From assembly GCA_003563855.1 (NCBI GenBank), contig PWTM01000309.1:18385-82384 (forward strand): a stretch of DNA of 64,000 bases, in the 5' to 3' direction. Below the pieces are notes generated by a model, which saw nothing but the letters and a program-made list of their open reading frames with translations, had not been told where the DNA came from and searched no databases. Numbering within the stretch: position 1 is the stretch's first letter; every line of letters starts with the position of its first letter. Positions 26,406-36,700 of this stretch are shown piece after piece. The stretch comes from PVC group bacterium. GTDB taxonomy: Bacteria; Verrucomicrobiota; Kiritimatiellia; PWTM01. The position numbers and the translations under genes were made by a program.

Positions 26406-26960
26406 TCATGCGCCCGCTTTCTTCTCCTCGATCGCCTTGAGCACGTAGACGATGCTCGCCGCCTTCTGGTGAAGCGCCCCGGCGAGCTGCCGCATCGGCG
26501 CCGCCAGCGTGCCGACCAGCATCGCCTGCATCACCGGCTTGGCCGGGAGGCTGCCCAGCGCCTTGACCTCTTCGGCCCCGATCCGCCGGCCCTCGACGAA
26601 CCCCGCCTTGACGACCGGCCGCTCATGCTCCTTCACGAAACCCAGCAGCGCCCGCGCCGCCTCGACGCCGTCGCCCTCGCCGGCCACGACCGCCGTGGCG
26701 CCGCCCAGCCCCTCGACCAGTACGCCGCACCCGGCCTCGTCCGCCGCCCGGCGGAAGAGCCGGTTGCGCACCACGCGGTAGCGACCGCCCGCCGACCGAA
26801 GCCGCGTGCGCAGCTCCGCCGTGCGCGCCATGCCCATGCCCCGGTTGTCGGCCAGGAACAGGAAGCCAGACCCCTCGATGAGCGATCGGAACTCCGCCAC
26901 CATCGCCGTCTTCTCCGGCCGGGCTTTCCGGCCCGCGGCCCGCCTGCTCGCTTCACTCAC
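26406..26960 (-). CDS. rplJ: 50S ribosomal protein L10
   Basis: RPEK..MVAE...LR..LR...Y.VV.NRL...LP; GTG start overlaps rplA stop (GTGA); position between rplA and rplL. Confidence 0.9.
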   Translation of the reverse strand: MSEASRRAAGRKARPEKTAMVAEFRSLIEGSGFLFLADNRGMGMARTAELRTRLRSAGGRYRVVRNRLFRRAADEAGCGVLVEGLGGATAVVAGEGDGVEAARALLGFVKEHERPVVKAGFVEGRRIGAEEVKALGSLPAKPVMQAMLVGTLAAPMRQLAGALHQKAASIVYVLKAIEEKKAGA

Positions 26961-27652
26961 GCGACCGCCTCCTTCACCTGGATCCGCAGGCCCGGCCCCA
27001 TCGTCGAACTGACCGTGCAGCGCTTGATGTAGATGCCCCGCGCGGCCGCCGGCTTCGCCGCCCAGACCGCCTCGATCACGGCCTGCGCATTCTCCGCCAG
27101 GTCCGCCTCGGAGAACGAGAGCCGCCCGAACGGCGCCAGGATGTTCCCCTGCCGGTCCATGCGGAACTCGACCCGGCCCGCCTTGCACTGCCGCACCGCC
27201 GCGGCCGTGTCCGCCGTGACGGTCCCGGTCTTGGGGTTCGGCATCAGCCCCCGCGGCCCCAGCACCTTGCCCAGCTTGCGCACCTCGCGCATCGCCTCCG
27301 GCGTCGCCACGGCCACGTCAAAATCCAGCCAGCCGCCCTGCACCTTCGCCAGCAGATCCTCGAAGCCGACCGCCTCCGCGCCTGCCTCGCGCGCCGCCTC
27401 CGCGGCCGGCCCGTCCGCAAACACCGCCACGCGCACCTCCCGGCCCGTGCCGTGCGGGAGCGTCACCGTACCCCGCACCGCCTGGTCGGACTTCTTCGGG
27501 TCGAGCCCCATGCGGAAGGCGATCTCGGCCGTCTCGTCGAACGTCGCCACCGGGTGGGCCTTCATGAACCGGACCGCCTCGGTCAGCTCGTAGGTGCGCG
27601 CGCGGTCGACCTCGGTCGCCGCCGCGCGATACTTCTTCCCGTGCTTCGCCAT
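26957..27652 (-). CDS. rplA: 50S ribosomal protein L1
   Basis: FDET...DQ.VRG.V.LPHGTG...LGPRGLMPNPKTGTVT...STMGPG. Confidence 0.98.
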   Translation of the reverse strand: MAKHGKKYRAAATEVDRARTYELTEAVRFMKAHPVATFDETAEIAFRMGLDPKKSDQAVRGTVTLPHGTGREVRVAVFADGPAAEAAREAGAEAVGFEDLLAKVQGGWLDFDVAVATPEAMREVRKLGKVLGPRGLMPNPKTGTVTADTAAAVRQCKAGRVEFRMDRQGNILAPFGRLSFSEADLAENAQAVIEAVWAAKPAAARGIYIKRCTVSSTMGPGLRIQVKEAVA

Positions 27653-27653
27653 G

Positions 27654-28076
27654 CTACACCACCTCGATGCCCATGCTCCGGGCCGTGCCCTCGATGATCC
27701 GCACCGCCTGCGCCGTATCCGCCGCGTTCAGGTCCTTGACCTTCGTGCCGGCGATCTCCTCGACCTGCGCCCGTGTGACCTTCCCGACCTTCTCGCGATT
27801 GGGCGTCCCCGACCCCTTCGCGATCCCGGCAGCCCGCTTCAGAAGGACCGCGGCCGGCGGGCTCTTCGTGATGAACGTGAAGGACTTGTCCTGGTAGACC
27901 GTGATCACGACCGGGATCACCAGCCCCGCCTGGCTCTGCGTCGCCGCGTTGAACTGCTTGCAGAAGTCCATGATATTGACCCCCTGCTGGCCGAGTGCCG
28001 GCCCGACCGGGGGCGCCGGATTGGCCTGCCCCGCAGGGATCTGCAGCTTGACGATGCCCGTGATTCTTTTCGCCAT
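27654..28076 (-). CDS. rplK: 50S ribosomal protein L11
   Basis: [21 protein letters not shown]...GTARSMG. Confidence 0.99.
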   Translation of the reverse strand: MAKRITGIVKLQIPAGQANPAPPVGPALGQQGVNIMDFCKQFNAATQSQAGLVIPVVITVYQDKSFTFITKSPPAAVLLKRAAGIAKGSGTPNREKVGKVTRAQVEEIAGTKVKDLNAADTAQAVRIIEGTARSMGIEVV

Positions 28077-28096
28077 AGTCCGGTTTCCCGCCCGCG

Positions 28097-28645
28097 CTAC
28101 CCGCGCTCCACCTGCGCGTACTCCAGTTCAACCGGCGCCGACCGGCCGAAGATCGAGACCGACACCTTCAGCTTGCCGTGCTCCGGATCCACCTCTTCCA
28201 CGACCCCCGCAAAATTCTGGAACGGCCCGTCCGTGATCGTAACCGTCTCGCCCGGCTCGAAGAGCACCTTCGGCCGGATCTTGTCCTTCTTCTCCTCCAT
28301 CTGCCGGAGGATGACCTCGACCTCTTCCGGCCGCAGCGGCACCGGCCGATCGCCGCCCACGAACCCGATGATCCCCGGCGTCTCCTGCGTGAAATACCAG
28401 ACGCGCTCGCGGATCGCCCGCTTCTCGTCGTAGAGCGCCATCTCCACCAGCACGTAGCCGGGGAAAAACTTCCGCACCGTCGTCGTCCGCCGCTGCCCCT
28501 TCGTCTCGGTCACCTTCTCCGTCGGAATCAGCACGGCCCCGAGGTACGCCCCCATGTCCTCGAGCCGGGCGCGCCGCTCGATGCTCTCCTTGACCTTGTT
28601 CTCCTGCCCGGAGAGCGTGTGCAGCACGAACCATTGCATTTCCAT
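28097..28645 (-). CDS. nusG: Transcription elongation/antitermination factor NusG
   Basis: [14 protein letters not shown]...FFPGYVLV...KOW motif DGPF..F.G...VSIFGR..PVEL. Confidence 0.97.
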   Translation of the reverse strand: MEMQWFVLHTLSGQENKVKESIERRARLEDMGAYLGAVLIPTEKVTETKGQRRTTTVRKFFPGYVLVEMALYDEKRAIRERVWYFTQETPGIIGFVGGDRPVPLRPEEVEVILRQMEEKKDKIRPKVLFEPGETVTITDGPFQNFAGVVEEVDPEHGKLKVSVSIFGRSAPVELEYAQVERG

Positions 28646-28671
28646 GGCAGTCACCCGTCCCCCCGCCAGCC

Positions 28672-28875
28672 TCAGCGGATCACCGCCTCCAGGGCGAACC
28701 TCGTCACGACGTCGCTGAGCGCCACGAACGCGCTCAGCAGGATGACCGAGACGATCACGACCACCGTGGATTGCATCAGCTCGGGACGTGTCGGCCAGGC
28801 ACACTTCTTGAGCTCGACGTTCACCTCGTCCAGGAACTGGCGCAACTGCCGACTCCACGCCGCGATCTTGCTCAT
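28672..28875 (-). CDS. secE: Preprotein translocase SecE
   Basis: ELKKCAWPTR.EL followed by a single TM helix; between tRNA-Trp and nusG. Confidence 0.95.
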   Translation of the reverse strand: MSKIAAWSRQLRQFLDEVNVELKKCAWPTRPELMQSTVVVIVSVILLSAFVALSDVVTRFALEAVIR

Positions 28876-28911
28876 CTCCACCGCCTTTCGCCGGCCTCGC
28901 CGCGCATGCGC

Positions 28912-28988
28912 TGGCAGGCCAGGAGGGACTCGAACCCCCAACAACCGGTTTTGGAGACCGGTGCTCTGCCAAATTGAGCTACTGGCCT
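28912..28988 (-). tRNA. tRNA-Trp (CCA)
   Basis: AGGCCAGTAGCTCAATTTGGCAGAGCACCGGTCTCCAAAACCGG...GGTTCGAGTCCCTCCTGGCCTGCCA; cloverleaf, encoded CCA end. Confidence 0.97.
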
Positions 28989-29007
28989 GTCCGCGCCGCG
29001 CGGCCGG

Positions 29008-29160
29008 TCACCGCGTTTCCCGGTGCGCCGTGTGCCGGCGGTCGAACTTGCAGAACCGGCGGAGCTCCAGCCGGTCCGGTTTCGTCCGCTTGTTCTTCGT
29101 TGTCGTGTAGTTCCGCCGCTTGCACTCCGTGCACGCCAGCGTGATGATTTCCCGGGGCAT
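29008..29160 (-). CDS. rpmG: 50S ribosomal protein L33
   Basis: Manual translation [50 protein letters not shown]. Confidence 0.97.
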   Translation of the reverse strand: MPREIITLACTECKRRNYTTTKNKRTKPDRLELRRFCKFDRRHTAHRETR

Positions 29161-29229
29161 GACTCCACCCTCCGGCATGCGCAGACCGGGGCGGCTCGCC
29201 GCCGCCCCGGCCCACGCCGGCGCCTCGCG

Positions 29230-30438
<1,209 letters not shown>

Positions 30439-30499
30439 GACCCTATCTCCCCTGCTTCGGTTGCCCTGTTCCTGCCTTCCCCCGCCCGCGCGGCCCCGC

Positions 30500-30575
30500 T
30501 GGAGCCCACGAGCGGGATTGAACCGCTGACCTCATCCTTACCAAGGATGTGCTCTACCAACTGAGCTACGTGGGC
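30500..30575 (-). tRNA. tRNA-Thr (GGT)
   Basis: GCCCACGTAGCTCAGTTGGTAGAGCACATCCTTGGTAAGGATG...GGTTCAATCCCGCTCGTGGGCTCCA. Confidence 0.97.
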
Positions 30576-30654
30576 CGCTCCCGCGTCCCGCGGCCCATCG
30601 GCCGCCCGCCGCGGACCTGCTCGACTCGTTCCTCCGTCCACCGACCGGACCTAG

Positions 30655-30713
30655 ACAAAAAGACCCCCCGGCCGCCCGCGTTCCCACGGAGCAACGCGCC
30701 GGCGAGAAGCCTT
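30655..30713 (-). terminator. Terminator/attenuator-like hairpin in the leader upstream of tRNA-Thr-tuf
   Basis: Minus strand AAGGCTTCTCG...CGCGTT/AACGCG...CGGGGGGTCTT followed by TTTGT; stem relies on several G-U pairs. Confidence 0.45.
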
Positions 30714-30769
30714 CCTTTCCCGTCTTTTTTCGAAATCCCCGCCCCCGGTTGTTCCGATGGCGAACCGGG

Positions 30770-30797
30770 AGTCTAGCTAAACGAGCCGCTGTGTCAA
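30770..30797 (-). promoter_or_regulatory. Sigma70-type promoter for the tRNA-Thr/tuf supercluster
   Basis: TTGACA-N16-TAGACT followed by a GC-rich discriminator. Confidence 0.65.
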
Positions 30798-31098
30798 ACC
30801 GTTTTCTGCTTTTTTTCGACCGGGGGCCCTCGGGGTCCCTGAAGCAGCACGGGGGAGGCCCCGGCGAAAGGAGGAATCTTCCCTGCTGTCTTGACTCGCC
30901 ACGGGGCAACGGCACTATGACGGTCATGCTCGGAGCCGGGAGCGAGCACACAGGGGGGCAAGGGCCATTGGAACGGGCCCGCGGAGTCGTCACCCTGCTC
31001 TTTCGTGCCTCGCTGCGGATTCGGCCGGGGCCGGGGGGCCGTCGTGCGACCCGCCCTCGGCCCGCGATCGCTCAGCGCACGAGAGAGGGAAGGAAGCC

Positions 31099-31926
31099 AT
31101 GAGCAAGATGCGACCCAGCGGCGGATACCGGGACCTGCGCAGCTTCCAGATCGCCACGGTGATCTACGACGCCACCCACTGGTTCTGCGAGCGGTTCCTC
31201 GACCCGCGCTCGCGCACGTGCGACCAGATGATGCAGGCCGCCCGCAGCGGCCGGCAGAACATCGCCGAAGGCAGCCGCGCCTCCGCGACCTCGTCGCAGA
31301 CCGAGCTGCGGCTCCTGAACGTCGCGCGGTCGAGCCTCGAGGAACTCCTGCTCGACTACGAGGACTACCTGCGCCACCGCCGCCTGCCCCAATGGGCGCC
31401 CGAATCGGCCAAAGCCATGGAAGTCCGCGAAATCGGCCGCCGGCAAGGGCGGGAGGATCAGACCGATCGGACCGATCGGTCGGATCGGACCGATCCGTCC
31501 GATCAACCCGACGAAGAAGACCAGGCGCCGACGCGGATCGCCGACGACCGGCGCTATGCGCTCTACGCGCGCTGGCTGGACCACGCGGAGCCCGCCGTCC
31601 GCGCGAATGCGCTCATCTGCCTCATCCACCAGGCCAACACCCTGCTCGACCGCCAGATCCCGTCCCTCGAGCAGTCGTTCATCGAGGACGGCGGCTACAG
31701 CGAGCAACTCGCCGCCGCCCGCCTCGCCGAACGCCAGCGCCGGCGGGCGCGACAGACCGATCCGTCCGATCCGACTGATCCGTCCGATCCGTCCGATCGC
31801 ATCCCCGACTGCCCCGCCTGCGGAAGGCCGATGGTCCTGCGCACGGCAAAGCAGGGCCGGAATGCCGGCCGGCAGTTCTGGGGCTGCTCAGGCTACCCCG
31901 AATGCAAGGGAATCGCGGAGGTCTGA
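31099..31926 (+). CDS. Four-helix-bundle (IVS/bAvd-like) protein with suffix domain and C-terminal topoisomerase-type C4 Zn finger
   Basis: GGYRDL.SFQ...SRT.DQM.QAARSG.QNIAEGS...TEL.L.NVAR.SLEELLLDYEDYL; F...GG.SE; CPACG..MVLR...FWGCSGYPECKG. Confidence 0.9.
   Translation: MSKMRPSGGYRDLRSFQIATVIYDATHWFCERFLDPRSRTCDQMMQAARSGRQNIAEGSRASATSSQTELRLLNVARSSLEELLLDYEDYLRHRRLPQWAPESAKAMEVREIGRRQGREDQTDRTDRSDRTDPSDQPDEEDQAPTRIADDRRYALYARWLDHAEPAVRANALICLIHQANTLLDRQIPSLEQSFIEDGGYSEQLAAARLAERQRRRARQTDPSDPTDPSDPSDRIPDCPACGRPMVLRTAKQGRNAGRQFWGCSGYPECKGIAEV
31456..31506 (+). repeat. In-frame 9-bp tandem repeat (GATC every 9 nt, 6 units)
   Basis: GATC at 31456, 31465, 31474, 31483, 31492, 31501; encodes DQTDRTDRSDRTDPSDQ. 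Confidence 0.9.
31759..31800 (+). repeat. In-frame 9-bp tandem repeat (5 units)
   Basis: GATC at 31759, 31768, 31777, 31786, 31795; encodes DPSDPTDPSDPSDR. Confidence 0.9.
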
Positions 31927-31928
31927 GC

Positions 31929-31991
31929 GATCCGCCTGACCCAACCGATCCGTCCGATCCGTCCGATCCGACCGATCGGACCGATCCGTCC
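31929..31991 (+). repeat. Non-coding 9-bp tandem repeat (7 units) right after the stop codon
   Basis: GATC at 31929, 31947, 31956, 31965, 31974, 31983 and a GACC variant at 31938. Confidence 0.9.
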
Positions 31992-32024
31992 AAGAACCAC
32001 GACAACGCGCCCGGCCGACGCCGG

Positions 32025-33332
32025 CTACGGGAGTTCGACCCCCCCCGCGTAGGCCCCCTCCGCCGGCTGGATGCCGAGCAGGCGGGCGACGGTGGCGTGC
32101 AGTTGAAGGGAATGCGTCGGGCCGAGGTCCACGCCGCCGAGCGGGTCCGGGTACCGCCAGATGAGCAGTATCCCGTTCATCTCCGGGTTCTCCGCCACGT
32201 CGCAGCCGTGCATGCCGAGCGACGCCCGGGCCTCCGCCGGGGTGCCGGTCAGGGCCTCCAGCCGGCGCCCGAACGTGTAGCCGGCGGGGAGCGTGATCAC
32301 CAGGTCCCCGGTCCGGGTCGGATGCGCGTACCCCCAGCGCTCCGGCAGCTCCTCGCGACGGTAGACCGTGGCGAAGGCGTGCGGCGCGACGGACCGGATC
32401 ACGGCGTCCAGCCGCCGCTCCCGTTCCGCTTCGTCGGCGATGCCGTGCACATACACGTGGGCCAGCGTGCCGGAGGCCATGACCAGCACCTTCTCCTCGC
32501 GTTCCTCCTCGCGGTCGACGCCGGCGAGGAGGAGGGGGTGGACGACGGTGTGCACCTCGCTCATGCCATGGTCGGAGGTGACGATGAAGTAGAGCACATC
32601 CCCCCGGCGCATGCGGCGCCGGAAGATGCGGACCGCCTGCTCCGCCATCCAGTCCAGGTGCGCATCGGTCGCGCGCATCGACGCATCGACCTCGGGGGCG
32701 TTCGGGCCGAACTCGTGCCCCACCTTGTCGGGCATGACCTGGTAGCCCATGACGAGTTGAAGGGGCGGCCGGCCGGTGTCCTTCCGCCAGACCCGTTCCA
32801 GCCGTTCGACCCGCTGCCGGTCCGTCATGCGGTCGTCATACCGGTCGCCCGAATAGGCGGCGGCGTATGCGCCGGACTGGCGATGGGACAGGACCCAGTC
32901 ATGGACGGCCACGCGCAGACCCTGCCGCTGCGCGGTCGTCCAGATCGGCTCGGCTTCGAGCAGGAACCCGAAGGGGGGATAGGCGTAACGCCGGCCCCGC
33001 GCGGTGTCGAAGAAAGAGTTCATCGGGATCCCGTGCCGGTCGACGGTCACCCCCGTGGCCTGCGAGGCGTGACTGGGGAACGTCATCGACGGGAAGACGG
33101 GGGCCAGCGCCAGCGAGTAGGCGCCCTCCTCCATCATGCGGCGGAAGAAGGGCAGCTCGGTGCGGTCGAGGTAGTCGGGTCGCACCCCGTCGACGCTGAT
33201 CCAGACCACGACCGCGCGCGACTCGCCGGCCGCCCCGGTCCGATCCCGCCACGCCGCGCAACCGACCAGGACCAGCAGCAGGGCCAGCCCCAGGGTCAAC
33301 CCGGCGCGGCGGAAAAACGTGCGCCTCTTCAT
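32025..33332 (-). CDS. Alkaline phosphatase superfamily nucleotide pyrophosphatase/phosphodiesterase, probable Tat lipoprotein
   Basis: ISVDG.RPDY, FPSMTFPSH...TG, PD..GH..GP, VTSDHGM, GMHG; N-terminus KRRTFF and LVGC lipobox. Confidence 0.88.
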   Translation of the reverse strand: MKRRTFFRRAGLTLGLALLLVLVGCAAWRDRTGAAGESRAVVVWISVDGVRPDYLDRTELPFFRRMMEEGAYSLALAPVFPSMTFPSHASQATGVTVDRHGIPMNSFFDTARGRRYAYPPFGFLLEAEPIWTTAQRQGLRVAVHDWVLSHRQSGAYAAAYSGDRYDDRMTDRQRVERLERVWRKDTGRPPLQLVMGYQVMPDKVGHEFGPNAPEVDASMRATDAHLDWMAEQAVRIFRRRMRRGDVLYFIVTSDHGMSEVHTVVHPLLLAGVDREEEREEKVLVMASGTLAHVYVHGIADEAERERRLDAVIRSVAPHAFATVYRREELPERWGYAHPTRTGDLVITLPAGYTFGRRLEALTGTPAEARASLGMHGCDVAENPEMNGILLIWRYPDPLGGVDLGPTHSLQLHATVARLLGIQPAEGAYAGGVELP

Positions 33333-33338
33333 CCGCCG

Positions 33339-33366
33339 AATCTACCCGCCGGCGCCGGGGAATCAA
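33339..33366 (-). promoter_or_regulatory. Putative leaderless promoter of the phosphodiesterase gene
   Basis: TTGATT-N16-TAGATT with 6 nt to the ATG at 33332; no SD sequence. Confidence 0.45.
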
Positions 33367-33377
33367 GCACCCTCCCC

Positions 33378-33615
33378 CGTCTTCGTCCTCGTCCCTCGAC
33401 CCCACTCCGGCGTCGGGAGTCCGGCGTCCGGCGTCCCGCGCACGCCGCGGAGACGGGGGGCTGACCAAACCTGACGCGGCGCGGCACGGGCTCTCCAAGG
33501 CCTGGAAAGCGCGCGGTCGTTCGCTGCCAAGGCTTGGACGCGGCCGAGCATCCGCTCGGCATCCTCCCGGGGTTGTCCCCCTCCCTCTCCTGCCGACCGG
33601 ACGGTCGGCGCTCCC
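33378..33615. repeat. Intergenic repeat mosaic (6-mer CTCGTC, 7-mer CCGGCGT, CCAAGG..TGGA pair, REP-like hairpin)
   Basis: cggcgtcgggagtccggcgtccggcgtcc at ~33408; CCAAGG at 33495 and 33527; GCCGACCGGACGGTCGGCGCTCCC at ~33592. Confidence 0.7.
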
Positions 33616-33756
33616 GGCGCTTCCGTCCCCCGCTCCCTGCCCGGCGCCTTCGCCGTGCAGGACTCCGCCGCTATGGAGTATGCGCAGGCTCCCCTCATCG
33701 CCGGCCAGCCTTGGGCACACGACGCCCGCGGGCGAGCCGGCACAGGCGACCTATGA

Positions 33757-36700
33757 CTAGCGGCGCTCGACGCGAAGGCGGATGAATAACCGGCCGTCTT
33801 CCGCCAGGCTTTCGCTGAAGTCGACGATCACCTTGTCGATGCCGGTGCCGAAGCCGTCGCCTATCTCGCTTATGTCGATTTCCTCGATCTGTTCATCGTC
33901 CGCTTCGGCCCAGGCGACGAGATCGGTGCTGAACATCGCAACGAGGGCGGCGTCTTTCGCGAAGACGGCCCTGCGATAGGTGAAGCGGAGAAAGTCCTCG
34001 CCTTCGCCCGCGATCCGCTCGAGCGTCGGCAATAACCCGCGGGCATCCTCGTCCGGACCCTCCGCGCCCAGCGCCCAGGCGAGGCCGTTGGCCACGCCGT
34101 CGCCCAGGAAGTCGTCGTCGAAACCCGTCTGGCCTTCGAAGCCGTCCATCCATTCCTCGAAGGGCATCGAATCCGGCGCGGTGGAAACGATGATCACCAC
34201 CTCGTCGTATACCTGCTGGAAGCCGTCGTCCGCCGTCAGGCGGAGCGTATACTCGCCTTCGCCAAAGAACGCGACGGTGGTCTCGGGGTCGGACGGATCA
34301 TCGAAGACCACCCGCACGTCGGGACCGTCGATCTTGCTCCACTCGGTCGTCAGCGGATCCCCGTCAGGGTCGAGGGCCGACCCATTGAGGGTAACAACGG
34401 CACTCGGAGCGCCGGGTGCGACATCCTCGTAGGGATGTCCTTCTTCCAAGGTCACCCCCCACTTGTGCGCCAGATACCCCTCAATTTGCCGGGCCGTTTC
34501 CGCATCTTCTTCGCCATCGGTAAAAATGAATTCGCCTGCGGCTCCATGATCCCAATACTGCCAGTCATTGGCTCCACCCAAAAGCCTCCAAACCGAATCA
34601 ATGGAGGAATCAGCAACCGCTTTCCAAAGCGTTGGCCCCATGGGCAATGCAGCAGTCGTCGATGATTCAGAACCATCGCGATACATGGTGAACGGATAAT
34701 CCGACCCGGTCCTCCATGCTGTCCCGCCGTTGCTGCCTTGCACTCTGGCGTCATTGGTGTTTTGGGACAAGAGCACCCGATGACTTGAGAATGTAGCGTT
34801 GTCGTAGTACGTGACAATATATGCGTTGCGCAATTCGAATGCACCAGTTGTTTCCAAGAATGTCCTGTTGCCCCCCGAACGTCCAACTGTGGGCATATCG
34901 TTCAAAAGGCTATCTTCGGCATTGAATGGCGGTCTTAATGATGCGTCACTCTGCTCGGCATGATTCTCGTTGCCGGACTTGTCACTCCACACATGAACCT
35001 TTCCATCAACAATATCCAGCGTGGATTCATCCATGGCATCAAACCAGGCGGCAAGATTCACTTGCTCCGGCGTCCACGGTGCGCTCTCGGTCATATACAC
35101 CGTCTGGTCCGGTCCCGCATCGACCTCCGGCGGAGCCTTCCACCGGGCGTAAAGCGTCACATCTTCAGCCGGCATGGCAAAGGTCGCATCCGCCGCGTAA
35201 CCGATACCTGTACCATCCGCCGCGGTATTCCATCCGCCGAATACGAATCCGGCGCGCACCAGGTTGCCCGTATTGCCAAGGACCGTCACGTCCGAACCGG
35301 GCAGATACGGCCCTTCGGTATCGACCGGCACATCGCCGCTGTCGGCGTTGTTGGCATGATAGGTGACGCTGTACCGTCGCAGGGTCGTGGCGGAGAGCGT
35401 GTCCGACCAGCCGGTCTCGTTCTGCGCCGGCGCCTTGTCGCGCGCGCGGACGCGGTAGCTGTAGGTCGTCTCCGGGGTGAGGCCGGTGTCGGTGTAGACG
35501 GTGCTGTCCTGCCAGCCGCTGTCGGATCCGCCCGGATTGCCAGAGGTCTCTTCGAAGAAGTACTCGACGCCGCTCGGATCGCTGGCGGTGGTGGCCGTCA
35601 TCGTGATCGAGGTCTCGCCGGTCGCGGTGGGCGCGACGGCGAAGGTCATCGGATCGGGCGTCGGCGGATCGAGGTCCGGTGCGTCGGTCGTGGCCGAGGC
35701 CGGCTCGGAGTCGGCCGTGGTGTTGCCGATCGAATCGCGGGCGCGGACCACGTAGGTATACGTCGTGCCCGGGCTGAGGCCGGTATCGGTGTATTCCGGA
35801 GACGCCTGCCAGTCGGAGTCGCTCCCGCCGTCGGTCGCCTCGAAGTAGTATTCGACGCCGTTGATGTCGACGGCGGTGGTGGCCGTCATCGTGATCGCGT
35901 TTTCGCCGAGCGCGGCGGGCGGCGAGGCGAAGGTCATCGGATCGGGCGTCGGCGGGGTAGTGTCGAGCCCGGCCGTCGCGCTGCGTTCGTCGGACCATTC
36001 CCCGACGTTCCCCACGGCGTCGCGGGCTTGCACCCGGAACGTGTAGGTCTCGCCGTCGGCGAGGCCGGTGCTGTCCCAGCGGGTCTCGGTGATCCAGCCG
36101 CTGTCTTCCCCCGTCGTCACGTTCTCGAAGAGGTATTCGACCGGGCCGGAGGGATCGGCGGCGGTGGTGGCGACCATTCCGATGACGCCGGATTCGACCG
36201 GGCTCGGCGGGATGGCGAAGGTCATCGGGTTGGGCGTGGGCGGCGTCTCGTCGTCCATCAATTCGATCATGGCGCGACCGAGGGCATCGCCGACGAGCAG
36301 GAAGGTTTCGGCGTTGTGGTTGTAGTGGTAGCCCGTGCTGCTCGGGGACACATCACTCGCTCTCCAGTAGGAGCGTGCTTCGACGGTCTTCACGTTGCCC
36401 TCGAACTGCGGGTAGTTGCCCGTTTCGCCATCGACCGCGAGCTGCGCCTCGGCCACGGTTAGCGTATTGCCACTCATATCCCAGCCGGAAAACGCGATCG
36501 TGGCCAGCACGAAAGGCGCATTGGGGGCGATGTTGTCGGGATAGCGGTTCTCGTAATAGCCCCGCAACTGCTCGATGAACTGCACGAGATTCTGCTCGTA
36601 ACGGCCGGCCGTGCGAGAATTGCCCTGGTCCCAGTGCCCTTGAAACCACGCAAAACCGGCGATCTCGAAGCCCTGGTCGGCCCATTGGGGATATTCGGCT

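Noticed and set aside
31099..31991. Diversity-generating retroelement (Avd-like gene)
   Set aside because: No reverse transcriptase and no TR/VR pair with adenine-specific mismatches were seen in the window.
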